Assembly (NCBI GenBank): GCA_963557065.1
Contig: CAUWCT010000043.1
Coordinates: 4,197 to 68,196 of the forward strand
DNA length: 64,000 nucleotides
DNA from: an uncultured Lachnospiraceae bacterium
GTDB lineage: Bacteria > Bacillota > Clostridia > Lachnospirales > Lachnospiraceae
Reading direction: 5' to 3'
Under the pieces are notes generated by a model. It ran no database searches. It saw only the letters and a program-made list of their open reading frames with translations, and was not told the origin of the DNA. Each line of letters opens with the position of its first letter. Positions within the stretch are counted from its first letter, which is position 1. This document shows positions 16,618-25,002 of the stretch, one piece after another. A program made the position numbers and the translations under genes.

Positions 16618-17037
16618 TTATGGCTCTGCCGTCTCATCCTCCATATCCTTGGCCAGTTTCCGGGCAGTTTCTACAGCCTCAGGATCGATCTCATCATCAA
16701 AGGTTTTACCGCTCATAAACCGGTTTACAAGGTCCGGCACCATATCGATCACTTTGCTCATGGCATCCTGATTTTTCACATTTACCAGTTTGGCAACTCC
16801 ATTTTGGATAATCAGAACAGCACTGGGGCTGATCCTGGCATTCATGCCGCCTCCTCCGCTTTCTTTTGCCTGTTTCTGGAAGGAACCGGCTGCCATACCG
16901 CAGGTTACGTCCACCAGCGGGAGGATGATGGCATCTCCGATCTTTACTGCATCTCCAACTACTGTTTTAGTGGAGACAAACTGATCCATTCCTTTAAATA
17001 ATGCGTCTATTGCTTCTGAAACATGTTTCTCTGCCAT
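16618..17037 (-). CDS. ytfJ: GerW/YtfJ-family sporulation protein
   Basis: TVVGDAVKIGDAIILPLVDVTCGMAAG...GGGGM...SPSAVLIIQNG is the typical YtfJ/GerW core. Confidence 0.85.
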   Translation of the reverse strand: MAEKHVSEAIDALFKGMDQFVSTKTVVGDAVKIGDAIILPLVDVTCGMAAGSFQKQAKESGGGGMNARISPSAVLIIQNGVAKLVNVKNQDAMSKVIDMVPDLVNRFMSGKTFDDEIDPEAVETARKLAKDMEDETAEP

Positions 17038-17051
17038 TGCAGGTACCTCCT

Positions 17052-17939
17052 CTATCCCACTGCCCGAAAGGCGCGGATATTTTTGCGAATATTTTTATCA
17101 AACAGCAGTCTTAGCCCATATCCGATGACCACTCCTATACGAATGCGTCCCTTTATGCAGCCTTCTGCCTCAAATACCTGATGTTCAAAATCCGGATACA
17201 CGTGAATATGTTCCCCATACAAGGGATAAAAAGGCGCAATCCCTGTTAAAACTTTTCCGGTCAGATATGGATCATCCCCAAACCCAAAGGTAATGGTTCC
17301 ATGGCATTTTCCCGGCAGGATGTGCCGGATTATTTTCCCTGTCTGGCGAAGGATCAATGTTACAGACTGCCGGTTTTCTTCGTTTTCTATCCAGGAAACC
17401 GCCTTCTCCCTGCAGGCCATTGCTGCAAGAAACCGCCGCTTTATGTTGGCAGCTGTCCGCCGTATCTTCCTCCAGGCCTTTTTTACTGCCCTGACCAGAC
17501 GGTCGGCAAAGGAAACGGCAGGGGGCCTCACTTCCTGCACACTTAGTATCCCCTCTTCTTCCTCCAAAGTTTCCCCCTCCGGTTCCGGATAATCCTCTGT
17601 GTCCTGCTCCGGGGTCCGGAAGGGTTCTTTTGGTGATTCTTTTGATAACTCTTCAGATACCGGCTGCGTCTCTGTCTGCTTTGTCATTCTCCAGACCGGT
17701 ATCCCGAAAATCCGAAGCGCTGCCTTTTTTTCTTCTTCCCAGACTATATGAAACGTCACGATATGAAACAGCCAGGAAATTTTTCCTGTCCCTTTCAGTA
17801 TTTTTTCCTGATAGGAACCCTTTGCCTGATAACAGACAGCAGAAAACAGCAACAACAGCACTGCGGCTAACAAAAAAGCCAGCACTGCCAGCAGAAGAAT
17901 CCCTATGATTTTCAGAACCCAAAGGACTGTGCCTGTCAT
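17052..17939 (-). CDS. DUF2953 (YtfI-like) membrane protein
   Basis: N-terminal TM helix and a charged linker. It precedes ytfJ as in the B. subtilis ytfI-ytfJ pair. Its start overlaps the upstream stop (ATGA). Confidence 0.7.
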   Translation of the reverse strand: MTGTVLWVLKIIGILLLAVLAFLLAAVLLLLFSAVCYQAKGSYQEKILKGTGKISWLFHIVTFHIVWEEEKKAALRIFGIPVWRMTKQTETQPVSEELSKESPKEPFRTPEQDTEDYPEPEGETLEEEEGILSVQEVRPPAVSFADRLVRAVKKAWRKIRRTAANIKRRFLAAMACREKAVSWIENEENRQSVTLILRQTGKIIRHILPGKCHGTITFGFGDDPYLTGKVLTGIAPFYPLYGEHIHVYPDFEHQVFEAEGCIKGRIRIGVVIGYGLRLLFDKNIRKNIRAFRAVG

Positions 17940-18253
17940 GGAGTCTCATCTCCCAATAAATCATTTAAACAAAAACCGCCTGTTTTGCAGTACAAATCCG
18001 TTACAATCCTGGACGCTAATTCAGTCGCTTCCTCATAACCTACGGCAATGCCCATAATCAGGAAGTCTTTCTCCCTGTAATAAGGGAGCAAAAGTTCGGC
18101 GGCCGGATAAATATCAAGGATATTATTGCCTCCGCTGGCGGGAGTAATCACATAAGCTCCCATACAAAGTTTTTTTCTGCGAAGTCCCTGTATCAGGGAA
18201 AACCTCTTTTTTGCCGCCTGCTCACCCATATAAAGGGGTTTATACCATCTCAT
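17936..18253 (-). CDS. Hypothetical 105-aa protein
   Basis: The ATG at 18253 lies inside the last codons of the upstream gene (14-nt overlap). GGTGGA is a candidate RBS. No recognisable motif. Confidence 0.6.
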   Translation of the reverse strand: MRWYKPLYMGEQAAKKRFSLIQGLRRKKLCMGAYVITPASGGNNILDIYPAAELLLPYYREKDFLIMGIAVGYEEATELASRIVTDLYCKTGGFCLNDLLGDETP

Positions 18254-19565
18254 TTGCTTCCACCATAATATCCCGGATCAGTTGTATGGAACTTAACTTT
18301 TCATCTATATCCGTACAGCTTCCCAGGCTTTTTTTCATATACTCCTCTACCTCAGAAATGGAGTTAAAACAAAGGGGAAGATTGGACAGCATCCTGGCCA
18401 TAATGGCCCGGACCACTGCTTTTGGCATTTGCTGCCAGAGGGTTTCCAGTTCTTTAAAAAACTTCTGAAGTTCTTCTTCCAGCATAGTACCGGTCACTTC
18501 TGTATCTGTTTCTGTCTCCTTGTCCAATTCCACAAACGAACTGCCGGAAAGAAGGAGTTCCACATTTTGCAAATCTCTTAAAAGCGCCTTTCCCTCTTCA
18601 TCCAGCCCCTCTTCTTTCGGAAGTTCATGGCGCAGCCACCGCTCATAATAGCGTTCCTGTTTTCCTTCCAGCTGTATCAGCATCTCATCCGCTTCCTCCG
18701 GTAAGCCGGAACCGTTTTCCTGCTCCAGACTTTCCCAGACAGTGGAAATCAGTTTCTGGAGATTCTGCTTTTCTGACGCGTCCATCACAGTCTGAGTATC
18801 CGTTATATGGATCACATAGAGATCGTTGATCAAATCCATCTCAAAAAGCAGTTCCGAAGAAAGATTTACCAGGGTTTCACTGGCCAGCAAAAGGCCGTCT
18901 GACAGGCGGGAAAACTCTTCTTTTGGCAGATTCCTGTAATCTGCTTTTGAAAGGAGCAAAAGCAGTTCATGAAGTTTTTCATGATCCCGTTCCATATGTT
19001 TGGGAAGGCTGACCATGGACTCTGTGCGGAGCACATACATCATGGCATCCAGACTGCTTTTTAAGTTCCCTTTGTAAACGGACATACCCTCCTGAACCAT
19101 GGAGAAAAATTTGCTTTTTGTAAACCGGATGGGAAGCTGCTCCAGTATCATCTGGATTCGCTCATTCATCAGGGCGCCATCTCTGGAAGAAGCCAGAAAG
19201 TTTAAAATTTCTGCGACAAAATAGTCGTCATCCTCCAGTTTGGGTTTGTCTTCCACAGGAACATACCGCAGTTCCAACCGGTTTAATACATGCTCATAAA
19301 TCTGGAAACAGTCTGTATAAGCAGTGAGAACTTCCATTTTCTCCATGACGGTTTCCCTCAGTTTTTTAAGGCTGGAAAGATCCCCTTCTCCGTCCAGGAC
19401 TGCTTTTATAATTTTTTGAAATTCAGAAAAAAACGTTTCTTTCCAGGGGTCCTTATTCTCTCCTTCAGCCCTTTCCTCACAATACATATAGTAATTCAGC
19501 GCCAGCCTGGTATAAGAATAATGGCGGGCTGCTGACAGAGATTTTTTCATAGCCAGATACTCCAT
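18240..19565 (-). CDS. Hypothetical 441-aa acidic protein, predicted all-helical
   Basis: AGGAGG lies 5 nt before the ATG at 19565, which is 9 nt after the cinA stop. I recognise no catalytic or binding motif. Confidence 0.7.
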   Translation of the reverse strand: MEYLAMKKSLSAARHYSYTRLALNYYMYCEERAEGENKDPWKETFFSEFQKIIKAVLDGEGDLSSLKKLRETVMEKMEVLTAYTDCFQIYEHVLNRLELRYVPVEDKPKLEDDDYFVAEILNFLASSRDGALMNERIQMILEQLPIRFTKSKFFSMVQEGMSVYKGNLKSSLDAMMYVLRTESMVSLPKHMERDHEKLHELLLLLSKADYRNLPKEEFSRLSDGLLLASETLVNLSSELLFEMDLINDLYVIHITDTQTVMDASEKQNLQKLISTVWESLEQENGSGLPEEADEMLIQLEGKQERYYERWLRHELPKEEGLDEEGKALLRDLQNVELLLSGSSFVELDKETETDTEVTGTMLEEELQKFFKELETLWQQMPKAVVRAIMARMLSNLPLCFNSISEVEEYMKKSLGSCTDIDEKLSSIQLIRDIMVEANEMV

Positions 19566-19574
19566 GATGTCCTC

Positions 19575-20846
19575 CTAGTCTTTGTCTTTTTCCTTATCTT
19601 TCCGGTAATTGTTTAAGATGGACAGGCGCAAAAGATTCAGGCCCCGAACCACTGCCTGCTCCCGGATATTCTCTCTGTTTCCTTTAAAATGGCAGCATTC
19701 CACAGTAACTTTATCCTTGATATAGCAGGCAATATACACCAGTCCTACCGGCTTTTCCTCGCTTCCGCCATCGGGTCCTGCAATTCCGGTCACAGCAATG
19801 CAGACATCCGCATCTGCTGCAAATGCACCTCCGGCCGCCATCTCTTTGGCCGTCTGTTCACTGACCGCTCCGTATTTTTTCAAAGTAGCCTTACTGACGT
19901 CCAGGCGCTTTCTCTTTGCTTTGTTGGAATAGGTCACGAATCCCTCTTTAAATACTTCGGATGCACCTGGCACGTTGACGATCCGGCCTGCCAGCAGTCC
20001 TCCTGTACAGGATTCTGCTGTACATACGGTAAGTCCGTATTTTTCCAGCAGACGGACGGTCGTGCCTTCTAAAGTTTCAGCCTCTTTTACAGAGTAAACA
20101 CTGTCCTCAAACCGTTTTTTTACTTCTTTTACCACTGGTTTTAACAGCTTTTTTGCCTCATCCTCGGTTCTGGCGCCGGCCGTAATCCGAAGATGAACTT
20201 CACCGGTCCTGGCATAGGTAGCAATGGTAGGATTGGTCTGTCTGTCAATTAAGTCCAGAAGTTTATCTTCCACCTGGCTTTCCCCGTATCCGCATATTTT
20301 TACCATCTGGGAAACAATCGCTTCCGGCTGTCTCTTTTTTAAATAAGGGGCAACCTGTTTTTCAAAAAGCGGCTTTAATTCTCCGGGAGGTCCCGGAAGA
20401 AGGATGGCTGTCTTATCGCCCTTTTCCAGAATCAATCCGGGCGCAGTCCCGTTGTCATTGTCCAACACAATGGCTCCTTTTGGTACAATGGCCTGTTTCC
20501 AGTTATTGTCCGGAATCTTTTTGTAAATCCCATTTTTAAAATACTTCTCTATCCGCTTTCTGGTATGGGAATCTTCTTTTAATTCATACCCCATCACTTC
20601 TGCACAGACCTCTTTTGTCAAATCGTCTTCTGTGGGGCCAAGTCCTCCCGTTAAAATGATGACATCTGAACGGCTAAGCGCTGTCTGAATCGTCTCTGCC
20701 AGCCGTTCTCTGTTGTCTCCTACAGTAGACTGGTAATACATTGTCAGTCCTAAAAGCGCACATTGTTCAGCCAGATACCGGGCGTTGGTATTTACAATAT
20801 TTCCCAATAACAGTTCCGTTCCTACGGAAATCAGTTCGGCTGCCAT
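19575..20846 (-). CDS. cinA: Competence/damage-inducible protein CinA (MoCF-like N-domain plus PncC NMN-deamidase C-domain)
   Basis: MAAELISVGTELLLGNIVNTNARYLA... and C-terminal AESCTGGLLAG. Confidence 0.92.
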   Translation of the reverse strand: MAAELISVGTELLLGNIVNTNARYLAEQCALLGLTMYYQSTVGDNRERLAETIQTALSRSDVIILTGGLGPTEDDLTKEVCAEVMGYELKEDSHTRKRIEKYFKNGIYKKIPDNNWKQAIVPKGAIVLDNDNGTAPGLILEKGDKTAILLPGPPGELKPLFEKQVAPYLKKRQPEAIVSQMVKICGYGESQVEDKLLDLIDRQTNPTIATYARTGEVHLRITAGARTEDEAKKLLKPVVKEVKKRFEDSVYSVKEAETLEGTTVRLLEKYGLTVCTAESCTGGLLAGRIVNVPGASEVFKEGFVTYSNKAKRKRLDVSKATLKKYGAVSEQTAKEMAAGGAFAADADVCIAVTGIAGPDGGSEEKPVGLVYIACYIKDKVTVECCHFKGNRENIREQAVVRGLNLLRLSILNNYRKDKEKDKD

Positions 20847-20849
20847 AGA

Positions 20850-21392
20850 TTACATGCTCCCTTCTGTCAGTACCTTGTGATTCTTAATTAAATAGTCTAC
20901 TAACGATACAATGGTTAAAATAAGGGCAGTCCACAGACAAATCTGAGTTACCACAAAAAGGGCCGGAATGTTGAAAATCAACAGCACAATGGCAATCATC
21001 TGAAATGTGGTTTTAAATTTCCCCCAATAGCTTGCTGCAATGACAACTCCATTATCAGATGCCACCAGGCGGAAGCCGCTGATAATAAATTCCCGGCTGA
21101 TAATAATAATAACCATCCAGGCCGGAACCTGTCCCAGTTCAATAAAACAGATCAGGGCCGAACACACTAAAAGCTTGTCAGCCAGGGGGTCCATAAATTT
21201 TCCAAAATTAGTTACCAGATTGTATTTTCTGGCAATTTTACCATCTAACAAATCCGTCAGGCTGGCCACGATAAAGATCACAGCCGCCGCAATCCGCATC
21301 GTTTCATTGGTTCCATTCTGGAACATCAGGGCTGCTACAAAAAACGGGATCAAAATCACCCGAAGGACCGTCAGTTTATTTGGCAAATTCAT
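20850..21392 (-). CDS. pgsA: CDP-diacylglycerol--glycerol-3-phosphate 3-phosphatidyltransferase
   Basis: MNLPNKLTVLRV... and the CDP-alcohol phosphotransferase motif DLLDGKIARKYN...GKFMDPLADK. Confidence 0.92.
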   Translation of the reverse strand: MNLPNKLTVLRVILIPFFVAALMFQNGTNETMRIAAAVIFIVASLTDLLDGKIARKYNLVTNFGKFMDPLADKLLVCSALICFIELGQVPAWMVIIIISREFIISGFRLVASDNGVVIAASYWGKFKTTFQMIAIVLLIFNIPALFVVTQICLWTALILTIVSLVDYLIKNHKVLTEGSM

Positions 21393-22716
21393 CGTATATC
21401 TCTCCAATCAAATCGTATTCGCTGGCTCCTACCACTTTTACCCGTACAAAATCTCCGGACATGAGAAGTTCTCCTGTATTGACAAAGATCAGGCCATCCA
21501 CTCCTGGAGCGTCCATGTACGTGCGGCCCACATAGGCAGGCTCATCCGCCACTTTTCCTTCAATCATAACATCCAGAATCCGACCCACCATTTCCTCGGA
21601 ATGCGCAAAGGCAATCTCCTGCTGGAGTTCCATAATCTCATCCCTGCGTTCTTCCTTCACTTCCTGAGGAACCTGGTTTTCAAAGGAATAGGCCGGTGTA
21701 TCTTCTTCTGCGGAATAAGCAAACACGCCTAAACGGTCAAATTCCATCTCATCTACAAATTCCATTAAAATCTCATGATCCTCACTGGTCTCTCCCGGAA
21801 AACCGGAGATTAAAGTGGTTCGCAGGGCAATATCCGGAATCTCGCTGCGCAGTTTTGCAACCATTTCTTTTATCTGCGCCTGATTGGTCCTGCGGTTCAT
21901 GGCTTTTAAAATTTTATCACTGGCATGCTGGACAGGAATATCCAGATAATGACAGATCTTTTCTTCCTCTTTGATAACCTGAATCAACTCGTCCGTAATC
22001 TCCTCCGGGTAGCAATACTGAATCCGAATCCACTGAATCCCGGAAATTGCAGCCAGACGCCTAAGCAGCGTCGGAAGCATCTTTTCTCCATACAGATCCA
22101 CTCCGTACAGAGTGGTCTCCTGAGCCACTAAAATCAGTTCCTTTACTCCGCCTTTTGCCAGAGACTCTGCCTCTTTTACCAGTTCTTCTATGGGATAGCT
22201 GCGGTAAGGCCCTCTGAGACTTGGAATAATGCAGTACGTACAGCGCTTATCGCACCCTTCTGCAATCTTTAAAAATCCATAATATCCTCCTGTGGTCACT
22301 ACCCTCTCTGCGCTGCTTTTTGGAAGGCGTTTTAAATCCTCAAAACAGGACACCGGTCCCTGACCGCTGGATACTTTCTCCAATGCTTCTAAAACCTCAT
22401 CATAAGAAGAGGTGCCCACAATCGCGTCTACTTCCGGAATCTCCTCTAAAATCTCCTGCTTATACCGCTCTGCCATACATCCGGTAACCAGAAGCATTTT
22501 TACAGTTCCTTCTTTTTTTAACTCCGCCATCTCTAAAATCGTATTGACGCTTTCTTCCTTGGCGTCGCCGATAAAGCAGCAGGTATTGACCAGCACCGCA
22601 TCCGCCTGGCTTTCATCATCGGTAAACTCCCAGCCTTTTTGGCGGAAAATTCCCATCATCTTCTCGGTATCCACCAGGTTTTTATCGCATCCCAGTGAAA
22701 CGCACAGTAATTTCAT
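21376..22716 (-). CDS. rimO: Ribosomal protein S12 methylthiotransferase RimO
   Basis: N-terminal SLGCDKNLVDTE, radical-SAM CDKRCTYCIIP, and a C-terminal TRAM domain. Confidence 0.9.
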   Translation of the reverse strand: MKLLCVSLGCDKNLVDTEKMMGIFRQKGWEFTDDESQADAVLVNTCCFIGDAKEESVNTILEMAELKKEGTVKMLLVTGCMAERYKQEILEEIPEVDAIVGTSSYDEVLEALEKVSSGQGPVSCFEDLKRLPKSSAERVVTTGGYYGFLKIAEGCDKRCTYCIIPSLRGPYRSYPIEELVKEAESLAKGGVKELILVAQETTLYGVDLYGEKMLPTLLRRLAAISGIQWIRIQYCYPEEITDELIQVIKEEEKICHYLDIPVQHASDKILKAMNRRTNQAQIKEMVAKLRSEIPDIALRTTLISGFPGETSEDHEILMEFVDEMEFDRLGVFAYSAEEDTPAYSFENQVPQEVKEERRDEIMELQQEIAFAHSEEMVGRILDVMIEGKVADEPAYVGRTYMDAPGVDGLIFVNTGELLMSGDFVRVKVVGASEYDLIGEIYDEFAK

Positions 22717-22836
22717 AAATCTAAAAACACCTCATCTTCTTTTTGATTTTTCATGTGCAGATTCGTCTGCAGTTCAAATCTATGCCTTGATGCGGAAAAT
22801 GGAGCGACAGACTTTCTGGCATACGTGTACATAAAT

Positions 22837-22987
22837 GTAACAGTTCAGCCATGCATCTTCTTGCCCGCCCATGGCGGACAAGAAGCGTCTGGCATCCGCC
22901 CTATGAAGATTCAGACAGGAAAAATCTTATGAAAACAAGCTTTCAACATTTTTTCCTGTCTGAATCTTCGCATGGCTGAACTGTTAC
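22837..22987 (-). mobile_element. 151-bp MITE, copy C (inverted relative to A and B)
   Basis: Perfect 18-bp TIR GTAACAGTTCAGCCATGC, and a perfect 8-bp direct repeat ACATAAAT on both flanks (22829-22836 and 22988-22995). Confidence 0.9.
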
Positions 22988-23038
22988 ACATAAATAAAAG
23001 TCTTCCCGCTCCACTTCACGAAAAAGCCTGACTCCGGA

Positions 23039-23299
23039 TTACTCTGCAGTTGCTTCTCCTTCCGGAACTTCCTCTTCTCCAAGGATTTTTACTTTGGTCT
23101 TATATAATTCTTCAATGGCAACAGAAAGAGGTTTCTTGCCTGCGCCGGGAACCAGCGGCTCTGCCCCGTCAATAATCTGTCTTGCCCGCTTTGCAGATGC
23201 AATGACAATGGAATAACGGCTCTGGACAACCGGCTGTTCTCCCGGTTCTACCTCTTTATTTACTACATTAATTAAATCCGAATAAGATGGATGCAACAT
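23039..23299 (-). CDS. rpoZ: DNA-directed RNA polymerase subunit omega
   Basis: SRYSIVIASAKRARQII core, and the gmk-rpoZ synteny. Confidence 0.88.
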   Translation of the reverse strand: MLHPSYSDLINVVNKEVEPGEQPVVQSRYSIVIASAKRARQIIDGAEPLVPGAGKKPLSVAIEELYKTKVKILGEEEVPEGEATAE

Positions 23300-23323
23300 A
23301 TCTGAAAATCTCCTTTCTGTCTT

Positions 23324-23947
23324 TTAGCCCATCTGGTGAAGCTGGGCACGCATATTCTCAATAAATTCTGTCTGATTGCAGGTGTGGCTGTGGTGATCCT
23401 GAATCAACTGGTGCATGCGCATGACGCAGTCTTCTACTGTGTCGTTGACCAGAATATAATCATAGTTTTCAATGCCCTCAGACTCTTTTACCGCCCGCTT
23501 TAACCGGCTCTCAATCACTTCCTGAGTCTCTGTGCCCCTGCCTGTGAGACGCTCCTTCAGCGCAGCGGCACTGGGCGGCATGACAAACAGCAAAAGCGCA
23601 TTGGGAAACTGCTTCTTTACTTTCAGCGCCCCCTGAATCTCAATCTCCAGGATTACATCTTTTCCCGCTTCCATCTGCTGCATTACATATTGCTTTGGCG
23701 TCCCGTAATAGTTATCCACATAGCGGGCATATTCGATTAGCTGATTGGCGCGGATCATGTCTTCAAACTGTTCTCTGGTTACAAAAAAATATTCTCTGCC
23801 GTCGATCTCGCCAGGTCTGGGATTTCTGGTAGTGGCGGAAATGGAAAGGGCATAATTGTCATATCTGTCCACCAAAGCCTTCATAAGCGTGCCTTTTCCT
23901 GCACCGGAAAATCCGGACACAACGGCCAATATTCCTGTTTCTTTCAT
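23324..23947 (-). CDS. gmk: Guanylate kinase
   Basis: P-loop SGFSGAGKGT, TTRNPRPGE and GREYFFV. Confidence 0.95.
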   Translation of the reverse strand: MKETGILAVVSGFSGAGKGTLMKALVDRYDNYALSISATTRNPRPGEIDGREYFFVTREQFEDMIRANQLIEYARYVDNYYGTPKQYVMQQMEAGKDVILEIEIQGALKVKKQFPNALLLFVMPPSAAALKERLTGRGTETQEVIESRLKRAVKESEGIENYDYILVNDTVEDCVMRMHQLIQDHHSHTCNQTEFIENMRAQLHQMG

Positions 23948-23959
23948 ATTCTGTTCCCC

Positions 23960-24838
23960 TTACTCAATGTTCTGGATCTGTTCCCGAACCTTTTCTACTT
24001 CGGTCTTTAGCGCAATCGCCCTCTGGGAAATCTCCAGATCATTGGCTTTAGATAAAATGGTGTTGGCCTCCCGGTTCATCTCCTGGGCAATAAAATCCAG
24101 CTTTCTGCCAATGCTGCCGCCCTCTGTCAATTCTTTTCTGGTATTGCAGATGTGGCTGCGCAGCCGGACCGTTTCCTCATCTACGCAAATCTTGTCCGCA
24201 AAGATCGTCACCTCTGTAGCAATACGGCTTTCGTCGATTGAAATGCCGGACAGCACCTCCTGGATTTTATCCTCCAGCTTTGCCCGGTATTCTGAAACCA
24301 CCTGCGGGGAACGTTCCTCCACCTCTGCTACCAGACGTTCCATATAATCCAGCTTGCCAAGCAAATCCTTTTTTAAATGCTCGCCCTCTAACGTACGGGT
24401 ATCCACAAACCGGCCTGCAGCCTCTTTTACAGCGTGAGAAAGGACTTTCCACATCTCTTCTTCATCATCCGGAGCCTGCTCCATGGTAAATACTTCCGGG
24501 CATCGGGCCAGATCGTTGACCGTCACTGTATTGGGAAGGCCAAACTGATCTGCCATCCTCTGATATGCTTCCATATACTCTGCGGCCAGCGCCCGGTTGT
24601 ACTTTAAACACAGGCGGCCTTCCGTATAATCCTCATAACTGATATAAACATCCACCTTTCCCCTCTGGATATAATCCTTTAGCAGGGTCCGGATGCCAGC
24701 CTCAAAGTAATTAAACTTCTTGGGCATCTTGATGCTCAAATCCAGATACCGGTGGTTGACTGCCTTCATCTCCACAGATATTTTATAATCATCTGTTGTC
24801 TCCTCAAATCTGCCGAAACCAGTCATGCTTTTTATCAT
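23960..24838 (-). CDS. yicC: YicC-family protein (292 aa from the ATG at 24838)
   Basis: MIKSMTGFGR... at the N-terminus and C-terminal DFIAQEMNREANTILSKA. The 47-aa extension in the track ORF has no family support. Confidence 0.88.
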   Translation of the reverse strand: MIKSMTGFGRFEETTDDYKISVEMKAVNHRYLDLSIKMPKKFNYFEAGIRTLLKDYIQRGKVDVYISYEDYTEGRLCLKYNRALAAEYMEAYQRMADQFGLPNTVTVNDLARCPEVFTMEQAPDDEEEMWKVLSHAVKEAAGRFVDTRTLEGEHLKKDLLGKLDYMERLVAEVEERSPQVVSEYRAKLEDKIQEVLSGISIDESRIATEVTIFADKICVDEETVRLRSHICNTRKELTEGGSIGRKLDFIAQEMNREANTILSKANDLEISQRAIALKTEVEKVREQIQNIE

Positions 24839-25002
24839 AACATCAGCCTCACTTTCGCCATGGCCTTTCTTGCCATAGATAGTTCCATTATAAGGCAAAG
24901 GCTTTTGCAAGTCAATAAAACATTTCAATCTGCAACAAGATGTGGTATAATAACTCCAAAATGCAGTTGTGCTGCGCACATCTGCCAGAAAGGAGTTTTA
25001 TC

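Noticed and set aside
21040-21732. Long antisense 'shadow' ORFs: 21040..21732 (+), 9823..10386 (+), 53923..54576 (+), 16426..17001 (+), 54734..55330 (-) and 59728..60078 (+).
   Set aside because: Each lies entirely within, or opposite to, a confidently identified conserved gene (pgsA/rimO, mcsB, ftsK, ytfJ, the lipoprotein). They have low-complexity or Cys/Arg-rich composition and lack an RBS. These are typical frame artefacts.
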